64,000 nt of DNA from a virus, in the IMG/VR virus record IMGVR_UViG_3300027956_000006. One strand, given 5' to 3'. The number at the start of each line of letters is the position of its first letter. Positions within the stretch are counted from its first letter, which is position 1. The notes under the pieces were generated by a model, which saw only the letters and a program-made list of their open reading frames with translations, had not been told where the DNA came from and did not search any database. Of this stretch, positions 30,940-39,946 are shown one piece after another. Position numbers and translations under genes: made by a program.

Positions 30940-31317
30940 CTATAACTCTCCACCCATTTTTAATTCTATTAATTCAAGAATAGGTTCACCTAATTTTAAT
31001 TTATCAACCTTAGAAAAAATTCGTGAAAGCGTTTCTTTGGAATAACTGCCATTTTTTATTTCGTTCATAACCATAGCTTTTGAACGACGTAATAAATTAT
31101 CAATCTGGTCATCAGTTAAATCCATTAACTTCTTATAACGAACTAATTCACCATCAGCAGAAACCTCAGAAATACGTTCTTCCATTAATAAACGAGTTCT
31201 TTCATTTGGGTCTAATTCTGGACATCCCTCACCAGGGCCAAGTCTTACCCCTGTTTTTGATTTTCCATCTTTACCACGATAATCAAAACTCTGTATAATT
31301 TTATATTTTTTTGACAT
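30940..31317 (-). CDS. Hypothetical protein following the capsid gene (start MSKKY)
   Basis: GGAGG RBS before ATG at 31317. Confidence 0.7.
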   Translation of the reverse strand: MSKKYKIIQSFDYRGKDGKSKTGVRLGPGEGCPELDPNERTRLLMEERISEVSADGELVRYKKLMDLTDDQIDNLLRRSKAMVMNEIKNGSYSKETLSRIFSKVDKLKLGEPILELIELKMGGEL

Positions 31318-31332
31318 TTTAATCCTCCATAT

Positions 31333-31372
31333 TAATAAAGATAGGGCAATACATACTATGCATTGCCCTATC
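31333..31372 (-). terminator. Hairpin/terminator after the major capsid gene
   Basis: GATAGGGCAAT...ATTGCCCTATC-TTT. Confidence 0.65.
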
Positions 31373-31425
31373 AATTTGTTCTATATAAAATAAGCTTATC
31401 ATTTTCATATTTAGAATACTACCTT

Positions 31426-32445
31426 TTAGTCAGCTTGTATTACATTAGTTGTAACTGTAGGATTAGTGTAATCACCAGTAGTTAACTGATATACAACACC
31501 CGCTCCTCTTAATACTACTAACGCTTCTAACCAATGGATATAGTCTGCATCAATCATAGGATATTTAGGATCATAACTTCCAGGAGTTAAAATTAAACCC
31601 TTAGCAGAAGGATTTTTTTTCTGAATATAACGTACAGGTTTATCAGCTCCAGTTGCTTGTGTTCCTAAAATTATTAAATAATCGGTTGGCATCCATTCTG
31701 TTTCTTTCCAATCGATACCTAATAATCTTCCAGCGAAACCTTCAACATTAACATTATCGACTATTTTACCAGGAAGAGTTGTGGTACCTGCAGCAGCGCC
31801 ATAGAAACCAGCAATATCTTCGATATTTTTAGTCATATCAGCATTCATGAAACCCCAAAGTTGCCCCTTAAACCCGTGCTCTTTTAAATGCAATTTCATA
31901 GCTGTTAGTGTTGCTAACGTAATTGTTGCAGATCCAGCAGAAACATAATGCGTATGACTTCCAGCGAATTCATTAGCACCATAAGTTGGTGGTGCTGACA
32001 TTTTCTCATTTGCAGAGAAAGAACCATCGAAAAACCCACCAGTTGTTAATAATTCGTCTAAAATCACAGCAGTTTGTAACGCACGATCTCTTTCGATTGC
32101 TTTACGAGCTAAACCTTCAATTTCAGCAGCACTTGAAGAATCGCTCATCAACCAATCATATGTATAACCGATATCAAGACCATACTTTGCACAGTCTTTT
32201 TGCATCTTACCCCAAACTTTCTTCTTCGAAGAAGGTTTTTCAGATTCAGCTAACTTCTGAAATTTCCATTGTCCCGAAGCGTCAAATTTGATGTAACTTT
32301 CATCCCAATCTGAGCAAAGAAGTGCCCTTAAATCTAATACTTCTTCAAGATTGTATAAATCTACAATTGGAAGAACAGTATTATATAGGACTTCATTTAA
32401 GTCTATACCATCAGTTGTTGTAAAACCACGTGTAATATCACCCAT
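31426..32445 (-). CDS. Major capsid protein (probable HK97 fold)
   Basis: 339 aa; follows protease and decoration genes; strong GGAGGT RBS; HLKEHGF and GRLLGIDW...WMP motifs; followed by terminator. Confidence 0.8.
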   Translation of the reverse strand: MGDITRGFTTTDGIDLNEVLYNTVLPIVDLYNLEEVLDLRALLCSDWDESYIKFDASGQWKFQKLAESEKPSSKKKVWGKMQKDCAKYGLDIGYTYDWLMSDSSSAAEIEGLARKAIERDRALQTAVILDELLTTGGFFDGSFSANEKMSAPPTYGANEFAGSHTHYVSAGSATITLATLTAMKLHLKEHGFKGQLWGFMNADMTKNIEDIAGFYGAAAGTTTLPGKIVDNVNVEGFAGRLLGIDWKETEWMPTDYLIILGTQATGADKPVRYIQKKNPSAKGLILTPGSYDPKYPMIDADYIHWLEALVVLRGAGVVYQLTTGDYTNPTVTTNVIQAD

Positions 32446-32474
32446 TTTACTTTGTCACCTCCTTTATATATATT

Positions 32475-32864
32475 TTATGCACCTAATTGCATGTCTAGAT
32501 CAACAAATACTTCATAAGCACCTACAGCAAATCCAACTTTCTGTGTACCAGTAATTGCATATTTGCCGTCTTCGCCAAGATATACTGTTTGACCAGGACT
32601 CATTGTTAAATAACTTACATTAGTTACCTTACCTACTCTATCAATACGCACTTTTTGTGCCGTTCCAGCTACTTTTGTTCCAGCACCAGATGTTAACGCA
32701 AAACCATGTGCCCAACGACTATCACCATGATCTGCTAAACGTCCAGTCAATTTACCACTTGAGACACCTGCCCCGGAATACAAATTCAATAACGTACCAG
32801 GACCAACAGATACTCCAGCGGCTAAATCAACACCTATATGTGTTTGTAATAAAGATACATCCAT
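32475..32864 (-). CDS. Capsid decoration/cement protein
   Basis: Gly-rich 129 aa; PGQTVYLGEDG, QKVGFAV; lies between protease and capsid. Confidence 0.7.
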   Translation of the reverse strand: MDVSLLQTHIGVDLAAGVSVGPGTLLNLYSGAGVSSGKLTGRLADHGDSRWAHGFALTSGAGTKVAGTAQKVRIDRVGKVTNVSYLTMSPGQTVYLGEDGKYAITGTQKVGFAVGAYEVFVDLDMQLGA

Positions 32865-32881
32865 TTAATGTCACCTCCTCC

Positions 32882-34501
32882 TTATACGATTCTTGTTTTA
32901 ATGCCACCTTTTCTTAATAATTCTTTTCTACGTTCTTCGGTAAGACCCTTTTTAATAACACTAACGTGTTCACCACCAATTCTTAATTCATCATTATTCA
33001 ATTTTTTCACAACTAAAGCTTCTGTCTCTTCTGGTGTTAATGCAATACCAGAAATAGATTTCTTTAAGATAGATTTAATTGCAATAGCATCATTTGCATC
33101 GTATTCATTTTTCATGTTATCCCAACGTTTTTCTACTTCTTTATCAGCATTTAAATTAGCAATTTGTTTTTCTAAGTCACTAATTTTAGCTTGGTTATCA
33201 GCAAGGCTTTTCACCATAATTTCAATTTCTTCTTGCGTATATAACTCACCAGTAGATTTTTTAGGTCCAACATTACTTTTTGTAATAGAATCAGGATAAG
33301 GGAATTTATCTGCTTGTGTTTTTCTAATTTCTTCAGACAAATCAACAATTTCCTTCATCTCAACATCAGTCATCTCATTCAAACCTTTAAGCACCTTTTT
33401 TTGCTTTTCAACATCTAAAGCTGCTTGTAGATCTGCAATCGATTTTTCTAAAAGATCAACACTTTCTTGTGTTAACTCTTCACCTGATTTTTTCTTTAAT
33501 TTCATAGGCATGTTTTCCTTACCTTCCTTACCATTAACAGGTTTACATGCTTTTTCAATCTCAACCTTTAGTGTTTCAAGAAGAGTTTTATCTTCATCCG
33601 CGACTAACCGTTTAGATATCTGTTCAATTAAGTCTGTTATAGTTTTCATAGTTTCTTTTCCAGACACGCTTTGTTCAACGTGTTCTTTTGGAATTTCACC
33701 TCCTCCTAGTTCAAACTGTTGTAATGATTTTGTAATATACCATCGTAATGCACGTGCTTCAGGATTAGCTGGAAGTGCAACTAGGGACGCTTCAATTAAA
33801 TATAATTCATTAATGACATTTACCACCTTACCAATATCTTTAATAAATTTTTTAATTGCATTAATTACCCTACCTCTAATACTGAATTTATTTATTACCC
33901 CTTCTTTTACTTTTTGCCAAGTGTCAGGCACCGTTTTACTAATTAAGACTTTCACCCATAACCCTTCTTTAGTAGCTTTAACATCTTCTATTTTACCAAT
34001 AGGTTGTTCTGGGTCATGATTATATAAAACTGTTGAATTATTTAATAAATCATCCTCTGCGTTTTTAAATGCATCTTCTGTAATTAAGTCACCAGTTAAA
34101 TCTAATTCAGTACTACCAGCATAACCCTCAATATACCACTTTTCAGAATCCTCATATGTTTTTGTAATTTCAAAAGGACATTCAAATGGTACATCTAAAG
34201 ATTTTTTTGTAGTTTCTGCAACATTAACCCCAACTTTTTTTGCAGCTGAAACTAACTTTCTGCGTGCTGTTACCTTAGCTTCGTCAGAAATATCAGTTAT
34301 AGGTAATCTAGCTAATGCATTACGTACATGATCAGCATCAATTTTATTATCTTTATCTTTATATGGTAAATGACGTAACGATCTAGGTACTGTCTTATTA
34401 TCTTTATCTTTAGTACCACCAGATTCAATATATGCAAAAGATGCATCCGGTAAATCATTTATATATGCTGCTGTCCAAATAGCCTTTTCTACTTCTGCCA
34501 T
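32882..34501 (-). CDS. HK97-type prohead protease with extra N-terminal domain and C-terminal scaffold-like coiled coil
   Basis: IEGYA, VLYNHD...PIGKI, FSIRG, LIEASLVALPANPEA. Confidence 0.9.
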   Translation of the reverse strand: MAEVEKAIWTAAYINDLPDASFAYIESGGTKDKDNKTVPRSLRHLPYKDKDNKIDADHVRNALARLPITDISDEAKVTARRKLVSAAKKVGVNVAETTKKSLDVPFECPFEITKTYEDSEKWYIEGYAGSTELDLTGDLITEDAFKNAEDDLLNNSTVLYNHDPEQPIGKIEDVKATKEGLWVKVLISKTVPDTWQKVKEGVINKFSIRGRVINAIKKFIKDIGKVVNVINELYLIEASLVALPANPEARALRWYITKSLQQFELGGGEIPKEHVEQSVSGKETMKTITDLIEQISKRLVADEDKTLLETLKVEIEKACKPVNGKEGKENMPMKLKKKSGEELTQESVDLLEKSIADLQAALDVEKQKKVLKGLNEMTDVEMKEIVDLSEEIRKTQADKFPYPDSITKSNVGPKKSTGELYTQEEIEIMVKSLADNQAKISDLEKQIANLNADKEVEKRWDNMKNEYDANDAIAIKSILKKSISGIALTPEETEALVVKKLNNDELRIGGEHVSVIKKGLTEERRKELLRKGGIKTRIV

Positions 34502-34515
34502 TTATTAACCTCCTA

Positions 34516-37119
34516 CTAAGATCGTCCCTTAATATCCCTAATTAATTTGCGTTGTTCTAGTAATTTCTCTAAAGATTTTAATAACGCTTGCGGCATATCT
34601 AGCGTATCCTCTTTTTGTATAATTTGAGCAAATCTACAAATTTCTTTTATATGTGCCCCAGAAAAACCTTCTGTTTGTTTTAAAACAGACTCTAATATTG
34701 CATCGCTAATATCTTCTTTTAAAAAATGTAATAACATTTCTTTTCTTATTTCTTTATTAGGTAAATTAAAATATATAATATCGTGGAATCTCCCAGGTCT
34801 ATCAATTAATGCTTCAGGTAATTTTTCTGGAAAATTAGATGTTAATATTGTAAATATGCCATTATTTAATTTTAAACCATCTAATTCTGTTTTTAAAAGA
34901 TCTATCATCCCATATTCTATGTAAGAATCAATGTCTTCCATAAAAAGAATAGAAGGTCGAAGATTACGCGCTAAAGAAAAAGCTATAGAAAAAGCACTAC
35001 TAGGCCCGATAGCTGAACAATCTTTTGCCGTGACCCAAATAAATGTTGGAGCCATTTTAGATAATAATTTACCAGTAAGTGTTTTCCCACACCCAGGTGG
35101 TCCAATAAAAATTAATCCTCGTGAATCAAGATTAGGGTCATTTTTAGAAATCAATGATTCAACTTTTCTTAATTTATCTTTAATTGAATTACTAAGTTTT
35201 AAATCTTCCCAAGTAATAGTTTGTTCATCCAGAAATTCACCAGTAACAGAAAATTTTTCGTTTCTTAAAAAATTATTTTCTTGCGCGTAAAGTAATATGG
35301 CTCTTAACAATTTATTATTATATTCTTTTTCATTAATATGCGTAATAATTTTAGCCTGATATCCACCCCATACTGGATAACGCTGTATTATTATTGGCAT
35401 ATTTTTTGTATCATCATAATAAAAACTAGTTCCTTCTACTAAAAATGTTTTAGAAAGATTCTTTTTTAATTTTATTTCTTGATATAATGGTGGTATTTCA
35501 TAACTAGAAAAATTTCTAGTTTCTATTAAAGTAAAGTTTTTTAATAATACTTCTACTGAATTAAAAATATTACCAGATTCTACATGTGGTATGTGCATTA
35601 CATTAATATAAATATCTTTAATTTCACAATTCAAAAAATTACATAATATTGATATTTCATTAATATTATTTTCATTTTTACATATAGATACACATTTTTT
35701 AATTTCTTTATTATAAATAAATAAACCAGGTTGTTTATACGACAAAGTATAAGGCATATCTACTCTAATTACAACACCATTATTATCAATTAAGTTTAAT
35801 CTTTGTAATGCTTTTTCTAATTCATCTCTTTTTTTACAAAAAATATAAGGTAATTTATTTAATTGATAATCAGATTTTGTTAATGTAAATGTTGATTGTT
35901 TAATATTTAATATATCTAAAAATTTTCTACGTTCTGAAAAATTTAATTTATGTAAATCAGTATCAAAATATAATACATCATTTATATTACAAACGATATT
36001 ATTATCCTTATTATCTGTTTTTAAATATTCTAACACTCCATTAGTATCAGTCTGTGTACCTACTAACTCTAAAGTCCCTAAAACAATCAAACTGTCTACA
36101 GACAAAGTTTTTATAACTTTTATAATATTCGGAAGATATTCGTTTAACTTAATTCCTTCTTCTGTATAAATAGAAATAATATCCCCATCTTTATGTATTT
36201 GACAATTTAAACCAAAAGAATTTTTAGTAATATACAAAGGATAATCTTGTTCAACAAAATTAGAAACAATAAAGTTACTTTCAGTATAAGGTAACGACTT
36301 ATCTACTAAATTAAGAAAAAAAGTGCTAACTAATAACTTATCAGTATCCTTTATATAACGAGCCTGTTTCAATAATTCTCCCTTTATGCATACTGCTGAT
36401 TTTAGAAAATCTGTATTATTATTATAGGCAGACTCAACATAGCGGTTATCCTCAACTATACGCGAACAATTTAAAGAAAAAACAGTCTTTGAATCTAAAC
36501 ATTCATCTAAGGTGTTATTTTCTTTTAAAAATTTAAACGCTCCCCAATAACGTCTAGGGAGTAATTTTAATGTCTTCCAAATAGCGATCTTCAAAAAGGC
36601 TGTTTTTTCTGTTTCTTCTTTGGTAGTATTAATAATAAACTCATTATCTTTAGTCAAGTATATAAAAGGATCCTTTATTTTAAAACTTTTTAAATATTGT
36701 AACAATTCATCAATATTTACTTCATCTTTTATATCAAATTCTTGTTTGTCAAATTTATAATAATCATCTAAAAAATCTTCTTTATATTTATGAAATACAT
36801 TGCGCTGTTCTAATGCCTTTATAACATTCAGGTGTCGCTCATATAAATTTAAAAAGTCATAATAATTATCAAAATCATCAACTTCGCAAGATAAATGTAG
36901 CTGCTCATGTTCATTTGTTAAATTTTTTATTTCTTCCTGTACATTACTTGGTAAAATAGGTTTAACTAATATATTACCATTAGTATCTAATGTACAACTA
37001 CATTTAGGACAATTAATGGCCTGTGATTTTAAACTATTCATATTAAAATAAATAATCTCTTGATCACAATTTTTACAAGTTACTGTATAGCTTTTTTCTA
37101 CTGTCATCAATAACCCCAC
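34516..37119 (-). CDS. Zn-ribbon + degenerate ATP-dependent-ligase-like domain + AAA+ ATPase
   Basis: CKNC/CPKC; NCQIHKDGD, NDVLYFDTDL...ERRKFL; GPPGCGKT, LFMEDID, RPGRF. Confidence 0.8.
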   Translation of the reverse strand: MGLLMTVEKSYTVTCKNCDQEIIYFNMNSLKSQAINCPKCSCTLDTNGNILVKPILPSNVQEEIKNLTNEHEQLHLSCEVDDFDNYYDFLNLYERHLNVIKALEQRNVFHKYKEDFLDDYYKFDKQEFDIKDEVNIDELLQYLKSFKIKDPFIYLTKDNEFIINTTKEETEKTAFLKIAIWKTLKLLPRRYWGAFKFLKENNTLDECLDSKTVFSLNCSRIVEDNRYVESAYNNNTDFLKSAVCIKGELLKQARYIKDTDKLLVSTFFLNLVDKSLPYTESNFIVSNFVEQDYPLYITKNSFGLNCQIHKDGDIISIYTEEGIKLNEYLPNIIKVIKTLSVDSLIVLGTLELVGTQTDTNGVLEYLKTDNKDNNIVCNINDVLYFDTDLHKLNFSERRKFLDILNIKQSTFTLTKSDYQLNKLPYIFCKKRDELEKALQRLNLIDNNGVVIRVDMPYTLSYKQPGLFIYNKEIKKCVSICKNENNINEISILCNFLNCEIKDIYINVMHIPHVESGNIFNSVEVLLKNFTLIETRNFSSYEIPPLYQEIKLKKNLSKTFLVEGTSFYYDDTKNMPIIIQRYPVWGGYQAKIITHINEKEYNNKLLRAILLYAQENNFLRNEKFSVTGEFLDEQTITWEDLKLSNSIKDKLRKVESLISKNDPNLDSRGLIFIGPPGCGKTLTGKLLSKMAPTFIWVTAKDCSAIGPSSAFSIAFSLARNLRPSILFMEDIDSYIEYGMIDLLKTELDGLKLNNGIFTILTSNFPEKLPEALIDRPGRFHDIIYFNLPNKEIRKEMLLHFLKEDISDAILESVLKQTEGFSGAHIKEICRFAQIIQKEDTLDMPQALLKSLEKLLEQRKLIRDIKGRS

Positions 37120-37124
37120 AATTA

Positions 37125-37577
37125 TTATACTTTACGGCAATTAATACTTACTAAAGTTTTTTGTTGTTCGTCTAATACATTAATCATTTTTTCATGTTCA
37201 CGTTGTCTATTTGTACAAGCACTATCAAATTCTTTTCTTAATTCACGTAAACCAGAACAACACTCTGCTGTCGCACTAAGTATAATTTTATGCTCCTCTT
37301 GAAAACGGTTAAAAGAAGCTGTAATTGTAAGCATGTACTGTCTATAATCACTCGCTTGTGTATCTAAAGTTTTTTGGAATTGTTGTACTAAGGTTACCCA
37401 TTGTAACCTTTCTTCTTTAGCATCATTTAAAATTTTTTCTTTTAATTTTAATGTTGATCGCAAAAGAAACATAAACCCAAAAAATATCAACCCGGCAAAA
37501 CCAAATTGTGTTACTAAATCTTTTGTAGCCGCTTCTTGTAAAATCGCAGAAGTTGCTGTTGTCGTAGTAGGGTCCAT
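37125..37577 (-). CDS. Single-TM coiled-coil protein (holin-like?)
   Basis: FGFAGLIFFGFMFLL followed by a heptad-rich tail. Confidence 0.5.
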   Translation of the reverse strand: MDPTTTTATSAILQEAATKDLVTQFGFAGLIFFGFMFLLRSTLKLKEKILNDAKEERLQWVTLVQQFQKTLDTQASDYRQYMLTITASFNRFQEEHKIILSATAECCSGLRELRKEFDSACTNRQREHEKMINVLDEQQKTLVSINCRKV

Positions 37578-37596
37578 AATAACCTAAATTTAAAAA

Positions 37597-37860
37597 TTAT
37601 TTTAAAGCAATCATACAAGATGCACTTGTCCCTGTAAGAGTTGCAAAAATACCAACCTTATATGTAATATTTAAAATTGATAAACCAGAAGATGTGTTTG
37701 CAACTGCACTTAATTCCCATAATATTGTGCCGCTTGCTTCTGTATTATCATAAAGAACAATGGTAGCAGTATCGCTACCGGCTTTTAATCCAATAGCGTC
37801 TAAAATTCCCTTACCAGTTAATACTGCACCTGTAGCAGTAATTCTTTTAGGACATGCCAT
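37597..37860 (-). CDS. Small beta-rich protein, probably virion-associated
   Basis: ATIVLYDNTEASGTIL; position in head module. Confidence 0.5.
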   Translation of the reverse strand: MACPKRITATGAVLTGKGILDAIGLKAGSDTATIVLYDNTEASGTILWELSAVANTSSGLSILNITYKVGIFATLTGTSASCMIALK

Positions 37861-37861
37861 A

Positions 37862-39619
37862 TTATTTCTCCTTCGCAGTACCCTTATTTGGTCTACCTTG
37901 TTGTTCTAATGGTGATATTTGTGTTTTATTCTTTTTTTTAGTTTGCTCAATATTATTATCAGGTTCATTTTTAGTTGTAGGATTAACTTTTGCTTGAACA
38001 TATGAAACTGGTACTTGACGATCAGTTAATTCCTTCTCGCCAGAAGATATTTCTTGTGCAATGCGTTCAATCTCAACTTTATCATCTAATCCATAGGCTT
38101 GTAATAAACTACGTGTTGATATTTTACCTATTTTAATTAAATTTAATAAACCCATTTTAAATGCTTCTGTTTTTGTATTAAGTGGTTTAAACGACATGTT
38201 TGGAATAGCAGTTAATTTACCTTTATTACGTTCTACAATTGCTGTAGTCAATGCTTCCCAAAAACGTCTTATATGATTTAAACGGATATTATCAACAAAT
38301 TGTTCAAAATTTTGAATATTAATACCAGAAAAATCCATTCTTTTATCAGCAGGAGAAAGTAATATCCCAAATGCTTGATATACTTCTACCGTAGATTGTA
38401 CATATTTAGTAGTATTTAATAAAACAGATGTGTCAGGAGTTTTTATATTAAGTTTAAAATAATAAGGATGGAATAATTGCATTACATTACCACGCGTGTC
38501 AGATGTAATAATTTCTTTCGCCATTTCAATAGTGCTTTTCTCTATCTTACTTCCACTTGAGTCATATTTTGCAGGTCTAGGTTGATTTGGTAAAATTTCT
38601 TTATTTTGACCATTTTGCAATATTGTATTATCACCTATTTCCCAATCTAAAATAAAATTTATTACACCATCTAAAATAGCGAGATCTGCAGCGGTTAACG
38701 CCCTTCTCATAACGAGAATTTCATATAATCCAATAAAAGGTGGCGAAGGATATAGACCTTGTCCAGTTTGAACATTACGTCCATATACTAAAGACGTATT
38801 ATCTGCTGGTGTCCAATCATATTTAACCGCAAAACCTTCTAATTTTGGTTTAATTGCAGTTCCCATTAAAACGATTTTGTGCCATTCATCAGGATTATGT
38901 GTTATCGTAGTGCCAGTACCTAAAGGTGTCTCCTTGTATGATTCAGCAATACTTTTTCCTGCTAAAGATAATTTTAAATACATCTCTTCATTAGAAAAAG
39001 TTTGTTTTGGACGTTCTAATGCGATAGATAAAGAATTATGTATTACCATTTTAATAGGCATTTGATAATCAATATTATCAACAGTAATAGTGCCCCATTC
39101 CCATTCTAGTGGAGCCATGCCACCTAACAACAAATGTTTCACGATCCACTTATTTATTTCATCAATACCTGGTAAAACATTTGCTACCCGTTTATTAATA
39201 GTAGCCGCCCATTTATTCCATACACGTCTTTCCTTATCTTCTTTGCTCTCTATTTTAAAAACTTTATTTTTTAACCATTCTGAAAAATTTATTTTTCTCT
39301 CTACTGGAACTTCCCACTCAAATCCATTAGCAGCAAAATCTACACACCTACTGATTAAATATCTGAATAACCGATCAGTTTCATACATCTCCCATGCTTT
39401 CTTAACTTGTTCATGATAACCATGAGGAATTCTAATATCGATTACTCTTCCATAATCAGATCGGTTAGATTTATTGAAATAGTCTGAAGTTTCTTCTTCA
39501 GCTGGTAAGGGACCATATAGAACTCGGGATTTTACTGATGATATAACACCAACATGTTGATCATTTTGATGTTTTATAAAAGTAGGGCTTACTTTTTGTG
39601 ATTTTGTTTTTTTTGGCAT
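37862..39619 (-). CDS. Portal protein (likely start MPKK)
   Basis: Size and position between TerL and protease; helical, MYETDRLFRYLISRCVDFAANGF. Confidence 0.75.
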   Translation of the reverse strand: MPKKTKSQKVSPTFIKHQNDQHVGVISSVKSRVLYGPLPAEEETSDYFNKSNRSDYGRVIDIRIPHGYHEQVKKAWEMYETDRLFRYLISRCVDFAANGFEWEVPVERKINFSEWLKNKVFKIESKEDKERRVWNKWAATINKRVANVLPGIDEINKWIVKHLLLGGMAPLEWEWGTITVDNIDYQMPIKMVIHNSLSIALERPKQTFSNEEMYLKLSLAGKSIAESYKETPLGTGTTITHNPDEWHKIVLMGTAIKPKLEGFAVKYDWTPADNTSLVYGRNVQTGQGLYPSPPFIGLYEILVMRRALTAADLAILDGVINFILDWEIGDNTILQNGQNKEILPNQPRPAKYDSSGSKIEKSTIEMAKEIITSDTRGNVMQLFHPYYFKLNIKTPDTSVLLNTTKYVQSTVEVYQAFGILLSPADKRMDFSGINIQNFEQFVDNIRLNHIRRFWEALTTAIVERNKGKLTAIPNMSFKPLNTKTEAFKMGLLNLIKIGKISTRSLLQAYGLDDKVEIERIAQEISSGEKELTDRQVPVSYVQAKVNPTTKNEPDNNIEQTKKKNKTQISPLEQQGRPNKGTAKEK

Positions 39620-39623
39620 GCAA

Positions 39624-39663
39624 TAAAAAAGAGCTGCACAATACCAAAGTATCATGCAGCTCT
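39624..39663 (-). terminator. Intrinsic terminator/attenuator ahead of the portal gene
   Basis: AGAGCTGCATGATAC-TTTG-GTATTGTGCAGCTCT then TTTTT. Confidence 0.7.
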
Positions 39664-39695
39664 CATTTGAATAATGTCGAGCTATCCTTTATATT

Positions 39696-39845
39696 TTATT
39701 TTATCTCTTTATATTTTCTTATTGGTGGAGAAGTCTCTTCAAAAGCAATCCCTCTCCCTTGGTGTACTGTAATTTTTATATTAATTTCACCATATTTTAA
39801 ATCATTACAATATTCATCTAAAATTTGCCAAATAGTTTTTTCCAT
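39696..39845 (-). CDS. 49-aa YezD/DUF2292-like protein (not in ORF track)
   Basis: MEKTIWQILDEYCNDLKYGEINIKITVHQGRGIAFEETSPPIRKYKEIK. Confidence 0.6.
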   Translation of the reverse strand: MEKTIWQILDEYCNDLKYGEINIKITVHQGRGIAFEETSPPIRKYKEIK

Positions 39846-39898
39846 TATCATTATATTAAATAAAGTAATTATTATTTATTATACTTTATCTCATGTTA

Positions 39899-39927
39899 AG
39901 TATAACGCATATTCCTATATTTGTCAA
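39899..39927 (-). promoter_or_regulatory. sigma70-like promoter for the structural operon
   Basis: TTGACA-17-TATACT. Confidence 0.7.
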
Positions 39928-39946
39928 CTATTTTATTACCAAAATG

